A stretch of DNA of 64,000 nt from Sphaerodactylus townsendi (Eukaryota). Of the stretch, positions 13,443-25,782 are shown piece by piece (the stretch's first letter is position 1; every line of letters begins with the position of its first letter). The position numbers and the translations under genes are program-made. The notes beneath the pieces were generated by a model. The model worked only from the letters and a program-made list of their open reading frames with translations, was not told the origin of the DNA and did no database searches. Location: assembly GCF_021028975.2 (NCBI RefSeq), contig NC_059426.1, forward strand, positions 54,498,001 through 54,562,000, written 5' to 3'.

Positions 13443-14092
13443 GAAAATGCTACTAGAACACAGCTATACAGCCCAGAAATCACACAGCCCCCCAGTGGTT
13501 CCAGCCGTGAAAGCCTTCAGTAATCTGGTAATTAATATAGGTGAAACAAGACTGAAGTATTATTTGCAATCTATTTTGAGCCCTTCCCTTTAACTTCCTG
13601 TTATATCACAGCTGCAGCAACATAATTATTTTAAACAACAAAAAGTTTAATGTGATATATTTGGCCTTTAGCTGCTTGTTAGAGGTCCAGGATTAGACCA
13701 TTTACATTGATCTTCAGTCATTCATCCAACAATCAGTTTTAAAGAACTATTTCTTACCTCTTAAATTACCTCTTAAATGGCTGTGTTTCCCCCAGCCATT
13801 CTCCTCAGCAATCATATGTGCTTCAACACAAGGGGCAAACTTAGCAAATACCAATTAGAAACATGGTACAAAAGACGTTGCAAGGTTTGCTTTTTTGAAA
13901 CACAAGTTATATATCTTGCAGCAGTTAGTGGGATTGGTGCTGTGAAATTCTAATCGTGAGAGATTCTTTTGTTGCTTGAAGAATGGAAGATTGGCTGGAC
14001 AAAGAAGTGCAACAAAAGGGGTTTCTGCCAATATGCTTTGCTTGTTTCCTGTGGTTCCAGCTCTCATCTGACAAAATGCAGTACAATCCTAC

Positions 14093-14176
14093 CTATTCAA
14101 CTCCGGTGAAGAATAAAAACTTTGGAAGTTCAGTTCTGTCTTTCTATTGAAGAGTCTGTCCTCCAGCCTTTTTAAC
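14093..14176 (-). pseudogene. Candidate exon (LKRLEDRLFNRKTELNFQSFYSSPELN)
   Basis: AG at 14177-78 with a weak pyrimidine tract, GTAGGA donor (or TAG stop on read-through); phase 2 matches the 16755 donor. Confidence 0.4.
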
Positions 14177-14555
14177 CTACTTTCCCCCAAAAGATTTAAG
14201 ATATCCCAGATCATATTTATTTTTGGAGAAATCAGATTTATAAGTGTAGTATCTGTTATACTTGCCAATACTGTAAAAAAAGCCATTCTCTGTACCTCAG
14301 TTATTTGGAAGGCTTCCAAAGTCATTATACACCCTTGATGCAGATTTCCATCAATGAATCCTTAGGTAAACTGTACTACAATCTACCTTAGCATTCAGTT
14401 GCCTGAAATGTATGTCTCACTGCTTGTTTCAACGAATGATGATGAACAGTGATAATAAATTTATATCTTGCTCTTCCCCCATCAACAAGTTAAAATATAC
14501 ATAATACATATAAATAAAACAATATGATAATTGAATGTAGGCTAGTAATAAAATT

Positions 14556-14627
14556 AGATTTTAAATTTCACTTTTGGATGAGATTTTAAATTTCACTTTT
14601 GGATGAGATTTTAAATTTCACTTTTGG
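14556..14627. repeat. 25-bp tandem repeat, about 2.9 copies
   Basis: agattttaaatttcacttttggatg repeated. Confidence 0.9.
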
Positions 14628-14913
14628 GTAGTGGCTCTACAGCCAGGCCAAATGGCACAGGCAAGCACAGCCTTCAGTATCATTTCTTGTTTTTCTTGCC
14701 TCTGCAAGGTTTCAAATCTGTGATAGAGTCCTGAGCTTGAAGTTACAGAGAGTTGGTTCTGGCCCAGTTAAAGAGAAACAAGAAAAGAGGTTCAACATAA
14801 CTAGCCTTTCCAATATTGCTACAATTACTTCTGTCTCATATTTCCTTGTATCCATGTAACAGCAAGGCCACCATGCATTTATTTTAGGAGCTTTGCTTTT
14901 ACCCTGGATATCT

Positions 14914-14957
<44 letters not shown>

Positions 14958-15412
14958 AGACCGCCCACCCCCAAAGGGCTCTGGGTGGTGTACAACAGGA
15001 AACAACAAAAACAATACATAATAAATATCAGAATACTGAACAACATTGAAACCCTTAAAACACAACACAGCAGCAACATCATAAAACCCATACTAATTAT
15101 TATCAATGGTGACCGAACCTAAAGCTAAAGCCAGGAGGGGAATGACGTAGCATGGTACAAGCATCGGGGGGGGGGGGGCAGGCAATCCATGGCTGGCCTC
15201 CCCAAAAGCCCGGTGGAATAACACAGTTTTACAGGCCCTGTGGAACTCACCAAGGTCCCGCAGGGCCCTAACTGCAGCTGGAAGAGAATTCCACCAGGCA
15301 GGGGCCAGAGCTGTAAAAGCCCTGGCCCGGGTACAGGCCAGCCGCATCATTGAAGGGCAGGGAACCGTCAGTAGATTAGCCTCTGAAGAACGCAGATGCC
15401 TGCTTGGGACCT
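14914..15412 (-). mobile_element. L2-clade LINE 3' fragment with (AAC)n tail
   Basis: ORF end ARAFTALAPAWWNSLPAAVRALRDLGEFHRACKTVLFHRAF; (TTG)n at 14914-14957 on the plus strand. Confidence 0.8.
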
Positions 15413-15479
15413 ATGTTTCCACTTTCCAAATGAAGGGGACTAAGATGTTTCCACTTTCCAAGTGAAGGGGACTAAGATG
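15413..15479. repeat. ~32-bp tandem duplication
   Basis: atgtttccactttccaa(a/g)tgaaggggactaag x2. Confidence 0.85.
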
Positions 15480-16754
15480 GCCAACCTAAAGTTTCTGGGG
15501 AGAAAAAATAAAAGTGGAAAACTCCCAAAATAAAGGTGCATATAAGCACCTTTACCTACTATGTTGTATAAACAGACTCCTTACCACATGGCAGAATGAT
15601 ATGAACTACCCCACAGTAAGACCGTGCTGGGTCCTCTGAGGATTTTTGATTCTATTTATGGTATTAAAGGTTGGTCTTGTCAGTTTAACCCAGAGTATCT
15701 ATTCAGTTCTGCTTCAGTTTAGCCTACTCTAAATTAAGTTTACTTTGAGAAGCAAGAAGATACTTTACCTAAAAGGTATTTCAGCCACTTCATTTTTGGG
15801 AGATATCAAATAGGGCTTCTCATTACAGTCGTAAAAAAAGCAATATATTTCCTTGCCCTGTGGAAGCATATTATGTGATGGACCTTGAACTAGCCAGAAA
15901 ATAAATACAAATATAAATGCATAAGGCTCTAAACTCTGCCACAATGATTAAGCAGTTTATCATGCACAGTCAGTTTTCCCAATGTCAAAATGTGCTGCTT
16001 CATGCTGCCCTTTATGCCCTTGTGTTAATTGCTGTGATTAACTACAGGAGAGACTTATTAAATTTACTAATGGTACTATCCATAAATCAATATCAGGTAA
16101 TCTCTGTGCATCAATAGCCAGACGTAGTAGCTATGGTCCTTATGACAGAATCATGCTTTTCTCTTCCCTCACCCTACCCTCACCCCCTAAATTCAAACGC
16201 TACTAATCAGATTGCTGAAAAATGTGGAAGGTGTAGGAATTATGGATGATTTGATGGCAACTAAATATTTCATAATGGAATTCTGCAGTTTGGCCACCAT
16301 CTTGGGAAATAGCTGTAATTTTTTTTCAGAAATTGTGATGAAAGTTGATATTTGGTGGGAAAATGATGGCAACCAAATACTTCCTAATGGTTGGTTGCCC
16401 ATTTTTTTAAAGAAAACAACAAGTTTTAGTCAACGTCTTAGAAACAATCTGACTCATAAGTCACTGTTTTGTTAAGGTGAGAATGTTGGGAAGAAGATCA
16501 TACTTTGCTCTATTTTCACACGTGGGATACATGGAAATAGCTACAATTTTGCTTCTGCTCATTTGAACACTAGAGCTAGCAATAAACAACATTAAAGGCA
16601 TTGAAATCAACATATGTAGAGGCAGAGTGAGCAACATATGCCGGCTCTGCCTCCTACTACATTTGATCACAAGTTTGTATGCATAGATTTTATGTGCAAA
16701 GGAAGTATACACACATTTTATCAACAGAAGGCCCAATATGCATGGAAAGTTTAC

Positions 16755-16932
16755 CTTGGGGCTCTTTGTGCAGTAGACTTGTAGTGAGTTCTCCTCACGT
16801 TTCTGTTTACATGTGAGGAGGCACTCACTTTTTGCCACACATTGTCTGCTGAACTCTCCAGGACCTCTGCTTCTCCTGGTTTTCTTAACTCCACCCAGAA
16901 GCTCAGCCTTGAAGGCACAGATCTCATCACAC
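16755..16932 (-). pseudogene. Exon with RGS helix 4/5-like motif (VMRSVPSRLSFWVELRKPGEAEVLESSADNVWQK...)
   Basis: ctaccag acceptor; GTGAGT donor after 16829 and a second donor GTAAAC after 16755; open frame in phase with the upstream exon; LxFWxE motif. Confidence 0.6.
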
Positions 16933-17491
16933 CTGGTAGTGTCAAAATTGCTTTTAAAGCACTGTTATATCAATATTTCTGTTATTGCAGTTATATTGAT
17001 ATTGTATCCATTCCCAAAATAATCCCCCTTCCCACACAAAAGAGGCAAAGCAATTCCCTGGACCACACACTGTTGAATAAGGGAATTATGTCCTCAAGCT
17101 GATATTCTCTGCCCCTCCCCCCACACACACTTTTTGCCATTGCTGCTACCACAGGAATAGAGAGAGGTTTATTTTAAAATAAAGACTTGTTAGAAATAAA
17201 GTTTTAAAAAGCCATCCTGGTCATTGGGGAGGGCAGAGGCAGAGCAGGGGAGGTGGGTGGAGCCAAAAGGAGACCCTGCTTGTACTGTTCTTTGGAAAAG
17301 CCAGCTCTCTGTTATTATTATATCAAGATCAATATTTCAATCTGAGCATTTAGAGAAATAGGAAGGAACCGGAAACATAGAACGGAGGGTGAGGAGAAGA
17401 CATGGGCAGCAAAGTACAGAAGTGGGAAGAGTGGAGCTAGATAGGCTGGCTGTGGGCAGAGAGAAGATGTCCGAGGCAAAATCATGCTCAC

Positions 17492-17555
17492 TGGCAAATC
17501 TGCCCACTCTGGTGGTGAAGCAAATTCTAAGTTGTGCTAGAAGTGGTATAGCTTG
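17492..17555 (-). pseudogene. 64-nt exon (QAIPLLAQLRICFTTRVGRFA)
   Basis: Strong pyrimidine tract tttccattctctttgcag, GTGAGC donor, phase 0 to 1, joins in frame to 16932. Confidence 0.6.
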
Positions 17556-18577
17556 CTGCAAAGAGAATGGAAAGCGAAAGCAGGGCTTGAAGAAATATGT
17601 CCGTACAAGAAATCTTGCCACAGCAGACATTTGCCCTCATCATGCACCAGACACCTTGTGCATAATCAGCTGATTTACTTATAAGACAAGTCCCACTTTC
17701 TCCTCATCTTCGTTATGTCATCAGTATCTGGATCTTTTTTGTGTTATTCCCTCAATGAGGCACTTGGCATGGAGTATCTCATCTTCTCTGGACCCTGAAC
17801 TATAATATACTCCTAATGAAAATGATTGTTCCTTAGCATTTTCAGCTAATTAATGGAGGATCATGTTTTAAGGAAAGGCATAGAACTAGTTTCCTATTTA
17901 ATAATGTTTCTGTCATTTGCAGAAAAAATGGTTATGCACCAAACAAACCAACAACAGATTTAGAATAAGTGTATGAACTCATTTTCATAAACAATGTGAT
18001 TGGATAGAACAAAAACCTTGCTTTTAAAAAAAGTAACCTGAAAACATGGAACCGATTGATTGATTGATGATAGGATGCCTGTCCTCATCAATAGACTCAA
18101 GACAGCTCACAACAATTAAATTTCACAATAATAAAATAAATCATATTTTAATATCAATTAGGATGTTAAACAATGAAAAACTGAATGAAAATGAGATTGA
18201 AAACAAAAGTAATGAGGCCAGGGATATGTTTGAAATGATTATGAGACCAGAAAAAGCATACATCCTTTCCAGTGCCAAAGAATTTAATGAGGACAAAACA
18301 AATATATGACTGTAATTTTAAACTGCTTATTGAGTGCCCACATAGATACTACCCCCCCAAAAAAAGTCACATCGTGACACTTCATATTACTACCAACAAT
18401 GATGAAAATTGTTCATTTTGAAATGTATTATCCATCTCCTGAATCAGCCAATCCAAATATCCCTGGGATGTAAATCTTCTATTTTCTACATAATTGATTC
18501 TGATTTCACATTACTGCTCCCTCTCATCTGAAACAAATTAGTGGTTTATCAAGCTGTGACCACATTACCAAGTCTAC

Positions 18578-18947
18578 CTTCACAGAATCTAAGCTGGTTG
18601 AGACAGCAACCAGCAGGGGCGTTTCATTCAGCATCAACTAGGCCTCCACAGTAGTTTGTAGCAATTTTCTGCCATTAACTTTCAAACAGATTGAAAGACA
18701 GTTGGGCCAAAACGAAATCCTGTCACCCAAGAGCAGCCTTCTGAAACAGCCAAGCATTTGCCTGAGAGGCAGAGTTGTTCTGGTGTAAATATTCCAGCAC
18801 TTCAATTCCCTAACGTCAGAAAAAAGGTCATTTAATGCAACATACTCAGTAGGAAGCGCTACAGACATTGCAGGTTCAAATTCAATAACTTCCTCCATTA
18901 AGAAAGAGTTGTGCTCTAGTTGTGAGGACTTTTTTACTTTGAAGGTT
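18578..18947 (-). pseudogene. Frameshifted exon with RGS-start-like motif
   Basis: ttttcttaag acceptor, GTAGAC donor; ALNDLFSDVRELK continues after a frame change near 18797 as LEYLHQNNSASQANAWL..., followed by TGA/TAA stops and WQKIATNY. Confidence 0.55.
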
Positions 18948-18964
18948 CTTAAGAAAACATATAC

Positions 18965-19230
18965 AACAGAGGATTACAAACTTATCAGTGGCATGAAATC
19001 AGTAAATGGATAAAAAAAATTCTCCATCCTAATGCTAAATCTCAGGAACACGCAAGTTCAGTACTTCTTATATTACACTTAATTAATATATGAATTTACT
19101 GCTACATGTGATGATGGCCATGACCTTAGATGGATTTTAAAAGATTCATGGTTAATAAATCTATCAATGGCTATTATCTATGGTAGCAAAGTGAAACTTA
19201 CCTCTGGATAACAGATGTTAAAGCCTCTGG
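18965..19230 (+). mobile_element. Old CR1 3' remnant
   Basis: gtgatgatggccatgaccttagatggattttaaaagattcatgg..tctatcaatggcta resembles the CR1 end at about 49.8 kb. Confidence 0.6.
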
Positions 19231-19805
19231 ATGTCAGATGTTGACCTTACTTGAAAGTCTTGTACAAGCCAACTGAAGTTTAATCTGCCCCCAGGAATGC
19301 CCCCCAGCCTGAACTCCTGCAGCAGAGGAGAACTGACGCAGCAGCACTTCCATGGTCAGGTGTCATGGACATCTGTGTATCCCTCCCCGATCAGCACAAC
19401 AACATAAGGAGCACTCACATCAGAACACCCTTCCATCAAGTCCATGTTACTACCCTCCACCGCCACCCATGGTTTACACAGTTTGTTTGGTGAAGTTCTA
19501 CTTGAACAAGATCTTGTACAACATGTAGCACAGTAATATTCTGCATCTCATGGAGAGTCATATTTGCAGTTTCCATCGATCAGAACAGCCACATGCTTCT
19601 TGTATGTCCTGTGCACAACCCTACAAAATGGATGCATACAATAAAACAAGAAATAGATATTAGGTATATATCTGTAACCCTTTACATTTCATAGTTGTTT
19701 CTCCCTACCAGATCTGAAACTTAACCTTTGTGAATTCTGAGTAAAGTGAAGCCTTCTCACTCTCTTCTCAGTGTGAGGACCAGCAGTTCATGGGAGAGAA
19801 AGTTG

Positions 19806-19953
19806 GGCCCCCTCTGCACATGCAGAATAATGCACTTTCAATCCACTTACACAACTGTTTGCAAGTGGATTTTGCTATTTCACACAGTAAAATCCAGCTG
19901 CAAAGTACATTGAAAGTGGATTGAAAGCGCATTATTCTGCATGTGCGGAAGGG
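19806..19953. mobile_element. Palindromic Harbinger-like MITE
   Basis: ccctctgcacatgcagaataatgcactttcaatccac / gtggattgaaagcgcattattctgcatgtgcggaaggg arms. Confidence 0.75.
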
Positions 19954-21901
19954 TGTGAAGCTCCTGGAGGACAGCAAGCTGAGAAAAGGGAGTAATAACA
20001 CTACCATTCCACTGTGGTCAGTTTCCTCTTTTCCTGGGTGGCTGAGGTGATGGTTATGGTGGTACTTTCTTTTGTCTGCTCTCTTCCCATGCAAACGGTC
20101 CTGGGGGGGTGCGTCAGCGTCATTTATGCCGACGCACCCCTGCAGCATGGCAGTGCAGAAACGGCCTATGTTTTATATATGTCAATTTGTTCTGTATTTC
20201 CTCAATTTTAAACATGTCTAACTGATTCGATTGCTTAATCTTTTTTAGAATTGCTTTAAGTAGGCAATTTTTATGCTGTTCCTCCAACCCTCTCACAGCC
20301 CAATTCAGAGGGGGAGACTCCTTTCTGGAGCCATTGCAACTTACCCAGGCGGATTACCATCTTGGCACCCAGAAGCCCCTGCTTGTCCCTAGGCTCACCG
20401 GTGCAAAAAGCTACACCAGCATGGATGGGACAATTCTGGGGGCAGCCCAGGCAGTGGAGCCAATATTAGTTGGCTTCTTCTGCCCATCCATCCTCCATTC
20501 ACTGGTAGAGTCAGCATCAGAGATATGCCAATTTTTAAATGGTATATCTCCATTATCCCCTATGGGGGATTCTCCTGAGGGTTTTTTTTTTTCATTTATG
20601 GGGGGGGGGGGGGTTGCACTCTGGATTGGGCTGGCAGTCTGCCAAGTATTTTCTTAGGGTTGTTCTATTTTATCCTTCTTTTGTTTTGCTGCCATTGCTA
20701 CTAAATTACTGGTTTCCAGTAATTTACAAAATAACAATGTGGATTTCTGCTATCCCTTTGTGAGTTCCATTTGATCCCTGCTGCTGGTATGGTCATGATG
20801 CTGACAGTCTTTTATAATATGGTTGGGAGGGGATTCGTCACACATGGAGGCCATTTTTAGTAGGATCCCTGGGGCAATAAAATGCATGCTCTAACTTAGG
20901 TTGGTTTTACCATTTCTGTTGTTATTACATTCTAAACTAAGAAAGGCTGAGATTCAAGCCTGTCTAAACACCATATTTTCTGATAAGAAAATCATGCATT
21001 CTAATCCCATATGTGAGAAACTGGTGTGGTTAGCTGACAGAGAAGAAAAGGCTCTGCACACCAACTCAACCTGCTCTGTTTTTTATTATTACTTCACATT
21101 TCCAGAGGCTAAACCCTGGCATTTACTCAGAATTAATCTCACTGAATTTCACAGGGATACTATTGATTAGTTTATTGGAGGGTTTAGGCCACCAGCCACA
21201 AGCTATAGTTCAGGACAGGAATGATATACAATTTGTTTATACTCTGGGGTACCTATTCCATGCTTACATGCTATAAAACATGGATGACATTTTTTTAAAA
21301 AATATGCCTTTGGAATTCTAAGTCGAAAAGCATATATCTTTTCTCTGCTCAGTGGCTGTACCATATAAATGTTAACCTCTGGCTCTAATGAATAATCCCA
21401 TGTAAGTAAAGTTAGTCATGCATGTAAGCATTAATTGGTTTTGGATTTCAGTGCTTTTTACTGAAGCAGCATTTTAAGCCTGGGCACAAGCTCTGTACAG
21501 TACATTATTATAGGCATTGGTAAAGATTTATAGTTACTGTTGACATTCACATGTGAATGCTGACATTTCCACATAAATGTTGTGTGCCTCCTAAAACAGG
21601 TATGAGTTTTTCAACTTTGCAACCCACAGGTGTGATTGTGAATGCCAGAATCACACACAGGGAACATTCATTAGTACATTTCTGAATTTTCAGGTAACAA
21701 GAACATTTGTCTGACATACATTGATCACATTGGGAGCATTTGCTCTAATATATCAAACTGGTCTTGGTGTGCATAAACTTTTCCAGCTAGATTATTGTGA
21801 CTGTTGGGGGAGTAAGAGCAGACTCATCTTCAAAGTAGAAGTCCTGCTTGGGAAAACTGGGTTTGTGTCAATGGTTTAATCCCAAAGAAAACTATGCTCA
21901 C

Positions 21902-22011
21902 ATTTTGAGGTTTATTCTCCAAAACAATTAGAAGGTACTGAATCACATAAAAATTAACTCCAGGAGTGTTTTTGTACAGTTCCAATACAATTTCATTCCT
22001 AACAGAGATAT
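21902..22011 (-). pseudogene. 110-nt exon with RGS C-terminal-like helices (ISVRNEIVLELYKNTPGVNFYVIQYLLIVLENKPQN)
   Basis: ttacttgcag acceptor, GTGAGC donor, fully open; pattern D..R.eI....p...F...Q....lE. Confidence 0.6.
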
Positions 22012-23267
22012 CTGCAAGTAATTTCAAACAATGGGGGTGGGGGTGAGGAAATCAAATAAATTGATGGATAGCTTCACCCAGCAACCACACTTAGTTATTC
22101 TTTGTACAACAAAAGTAGATCCACACTGCCATTTTCCTCTCCTCAGTAAAGCTTTTTGTGCTTCTCAACACAGTCATTTACTGTAGTAGACTCAAATCAC
22201 CTCACTTTATCGACTTTATCAGATGGCCCTACGTTTAACATCTGCTAACTGACCTATCAATATTATTGTGTTTTATTTGACTCCATAATGTCTGAAAGTT
22301 CTGTCAAAGCACTTTTCCTTCTGAAACATTACTAAAGTCATCTTACAGTGAAAGATACTACTTTTCGTATCTCTGACTATATCAAGAGATTACTAATATT
22401 TTTTCTCCTTAATTCTGCCTTTTTCAGGTTATTTTCAAACTGGGGGGAGCAGGGAAGGAGATAGGGACGCTACTTTAAATATGAGTTTGCTTCTGGTCCC
22501 TTTCTTATTTGCCTTTGCACAGTAATATCACAAGTCACTTGATTCTCCAGTGTCTCAGGAGCTAGTAACACAAGCTTTTCTTGCCAGTAAAAAGGTGTTC
22601 TAGTTATACAGTGGACACACCTGGACCACACCTTCAGAGCCCCAAGTTAGGACCCTCACACCTCACAAAGTCTTGTAAACAAATCCAGAACACAAATATA
22701 AAAGTTAGGTGTAGCAGGAAGATGTAAGTCCATACAGCATAAAAATAACGGGTTACATCTGTTATTTTTGAAACCAGTCCTATTTTATTCTGTTTATGCC
22801 CTTCACATGGGTGCCCATTTTCCATGAAGGAAACAATCCTTTTTTTCTGCCCTTCACACAAACTAATTTTTTTTACAATGCAAACATGCAGGTGCAAACA
22901 TCCTATTTTTCTTGCATTCTGATTGTCTGTTCCATCGCCACAGTCCCCCTTCCACCTGCTCCCATCCTCTGCTATGGGAACACTTCCAATTGGTGGAGAA
23001 TATACAGCAACCCTGGGACCCAAGCAGAACCTCCCCCTCCCATTTCTACAGCATGAAAAAAAGTTTAGGGTTTTGAAACCAGGACACATGTGAACATGAA
23101 GCATGCAAACCACACCCCTTAACACTGTGATATACAAAATAATAAAATTTGTCCAAAAAGGGAGCAAAGAAATATGTCCCTTCCACATCCCAAGGTGTGC
23201 ATCTGCCTAGCTACGTGCTTTTGATATGTCCCAGTTTTACATCAGCTCTGTATCTCAATGTCCCAGG

Positions 23268-23881
23268 CAGAGGCGTATCTGGGGGAAATGGCACCCAGCT
23301 TACAGCTGGAAGCCGGCAGTCCCCCTCCAGGCTGCTGGCAGTCGACCCTGCCCATGTTGTCATCGACATGGGCAGTGTCGAGGATGCCTGGGTGCTGCCC
23401 CCTGTCCCACTGCCACCCTGCCCCTTGTTCCCGGCTCCCAGCTGGCAGTCTTTCTGCCCTCACCTCTGGGAAGGTCAGAAGAGACTGCTATCCCCTGCCT
23501 CCGAGAGCTGCTTTTATAAGCACTGAGGCAAGGGGAAGAACTCAGGGGGGCATGGCCGGCTGCTGGCTGGGACTGCCGGCTGCTGGCTGGGAGCCCAGCC
23601 AGGAGCAAAAGGGGCAGGGGTGGGGTGGGGGCAGGGGTGGGGTGGGGTGGGGTGGGGTGGGGTGGGGGGCAGGCGATGGTGAGTGGCAGTGGCAGCAGCC
23701 AGGCATGCTCAACCTGCCCGTGTTAATGACGACATGGGCAGGGTCAAAGGCGCTGGAGGACTTCCTGCTGCCTTGCCATCTTCCTGGTCACACGGGGAGC
23801 CAATTTTGCACCCCTGCGTGACAAGATTAGTGGCACCTGAAGACAAAGGGTGCCCCTTGTCCCTAGGCAAATACACCACTG
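23268..23881. mobile_element. GC-rich hAT-like MITE containing a (GGGGT)n tract
   Basis: TIR cagaggcgtat/atacaccactg; TSD gtcccagg/gttccagg. Confidence 0.8.
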
Positions 23882-24574
23882 GTTCCAGGTCAATAATGGA
23901 AGCAGAGAGGCAAGAGTCAAAAGCTTTAATTGGAGGGCTGTGCTACCTCCTCATTTGGGTTCTCCTGAGTGAAGTGCTGAGAAGGTGCACACTTTCTATT
24001 TTTATAGGAAATGTTGTGGAAAACAGAATACATCAAAAGGGGCAATCTTTTTGTAAAATACTTCTGTGTTCTTCAGAAGTACACAATAAACTGGGAATTC
24101 AAGATAATAGATCACAAGAGGTTAGTTTACATGGTACAATCACAACATCTTAAGATAGATATAATCTTTTGGCTTTGATGTGGGAGGCATCGTCCCGGAA
24201 GGGGGATTCCTTTCCTTGCTAAATGTTTGTCACTCTAAGGTCACAAGGTTAGCTACCTTATAGCTGACAGGTAACATATGTATATTTTCCTATTTTCTAG
24301 TAGTGAACACAATACCTACTTAACCAGGACAGAATTATACTGGGCAATACATATTCATTTAGGAATAATCATATTTCCTTGCTAAAACACAGCATTTGTA
24401 GTACATGGTTTAGTAGACGTTTTATAGCATCATACACATCCCTGGAGTTTGTATTTTACCAACAGATGACAACAAAAACAAATTCTCAGATACAATCACT
24501 TGGGTTTCAAAGGAAGCTATTTTTATTGCCCCAGGAAAAGGGTCCTTTGAGAAAAAAAGGGGAAATCCATGTAC

Positions 24575-24673
24575 TTGATATGCTGGCCTTTTAAGTCAAA
24601 GAAGTTCTTTTCACACATTCTATTAGTGATTTTGCATTTTACAATGGGACTGTGGTAAATCCTGTTGTTATCT
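24575..24673 (-). pseudogene. Candidate exon (RDNNRIYHSPIVKCKITNRMCEKNFFDLKGQHI)
   Basis: AG/GT bounded with a weak donor, open, FD..Q-like motif. Confidence 0.35.
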
Positions 24674-24768
24674 CTGTTTACAAAATTCAACGAGTAACCC
24701 AGTGGCTTACTGGGATGCAGAATTTGTTCCCTTGTGAAAGAAGGAAGGATCTTTGGTTTAAGGATCTC

Positions 24769-24824
24769 TGTGTGTGTGTGTGTGTGCGCGCGCGCGCGTG
24801 TGTGTGTGTGTGTGTGTGCGCGTG
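24769..24824. repeat. (TG)n(CG)n(TG)n alternating purine-pyrimidine tract
   Basis: Directly visible. Confidence 0.9.
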
Positions 24825-25064
24825 TACCAAATTTTATTTTTCTGGGCTGACACAACACTCATAGCACACAAAAAGCCCCACCATTCATTGTGAATTCATT
24901 GCTGTACATATTTGGGTGAAATGGTGCTCACAGTTGCTGCCAAGGAGACATAAATAAATGAATAAATAAACAAACAAACAAATAAAACCCATGCTTGGGG
25001 GACATTTCTGAAATTGCAGGCTATCACACAAGTTGGCAGTTTAGCAGAAATGAAACTGACATGA

Positions 25065-25782
25065 TGTTAATGGTTAACAAGGGAGGTTGAGGAAATTATC
25101 AGAAAAATGATGTCTTTTAGAAAATGAAAGTGCAGCTCGACTGATGAAGAATACGAAAAGGAACATAAATGGTGGCAAAAGAAAAGCAAGTCAGCATTAA
25201 GGGAGGCAAAAAAGGGTTATGAGGAATGCATGGCTGCGAACATCAAGACCAGCAACAAACGGTTTTTCATGTACATCAAAAGTAGGAAGCCAGCTAGGGA
25301 AGCGGTAAGCCCATTAGATGACGAAGGAACAAAAGGTGTGCTAAAGGAGGACAGGGAGATTTCAGAGAAGCTGAATGAATTCTTTGCATCTGTCTTCACC
25401 CAAGAGGAGGTGAGGAAAATTCCTGCACCTGAACCAAGCTTCTTAGGAGGCGAATCCAAGCAACTAGAGAAGATAGTGGTAGACAAGAAAGAAGTTCTGG
25501 CAGCCATTGATAAACTAAATGCTACCAAATCACCTGGTCCAGATTGCATTCATCCAAGAGTTCTTAAAGAGTTCAAGCATGAAATTGTCAACTCAATGCA
25601 TGGCAGCTCTGAAAAAGGCAAACTCTATTAGGAAAGGAATTGATAATAAAACTGGAAAGATCGTCATGCGACCGCACTTGGAGTACTGTGTTCAGTTCTG
25701 GTCGCCACATCTCAAAAGGATATCGAAGAGATAGAAAAAGTGCAGAGAAGGGCAATGAGAATGATTGCGGGATTGGAGCACT
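25065..25782 (+). mobile_element. CR1 LINE ORF2 fragment, internally deleted
   Basis: IKTSNKRFFMYIKSRK..KSPGPDCIHPRVLKE joined directly to RPHLEYCVQFWSPH; highly similar to the 48.1-49.5 kb copy. Confidence 0.92.

Larger units (their letters stand above)
13163..13521. mobile_element. Truncated Penelope-like element with inverted ~90-bp terminal segments
   Basis: Arms at about 13163-13253 and 13403-13495 are reverse complements; 12-bp TSD aatctggtaatt (13151-62, 13522-33). Confidence 0.85.

Noticed and set aside
18638-18898. LPTEYVALNDLFS as a Ty3/gypsy pre-RT motif
   Set aside because: No following LPPHR/RT motifs; splice sites and the shifted frame fit an RGS-like exon better
19419-19541. 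Extra minus-strand exon with GTGAGT donor (EYYCATCC...MEGCSD)
   Set aside because: Weak acceptor and no recognisable motif; it may belong to the locus but is unsupported
14089-22011. Assigning the symbol RGSL1 or RGS22
   Set aside because: Resemblance is at motif level only; orthology cannot be established without searches and synteny
23149-24153. Long ORFs of 125-187 aa
   Set aside because: They lie largely within a GC-rich hAT MITE and show no recognisable domain
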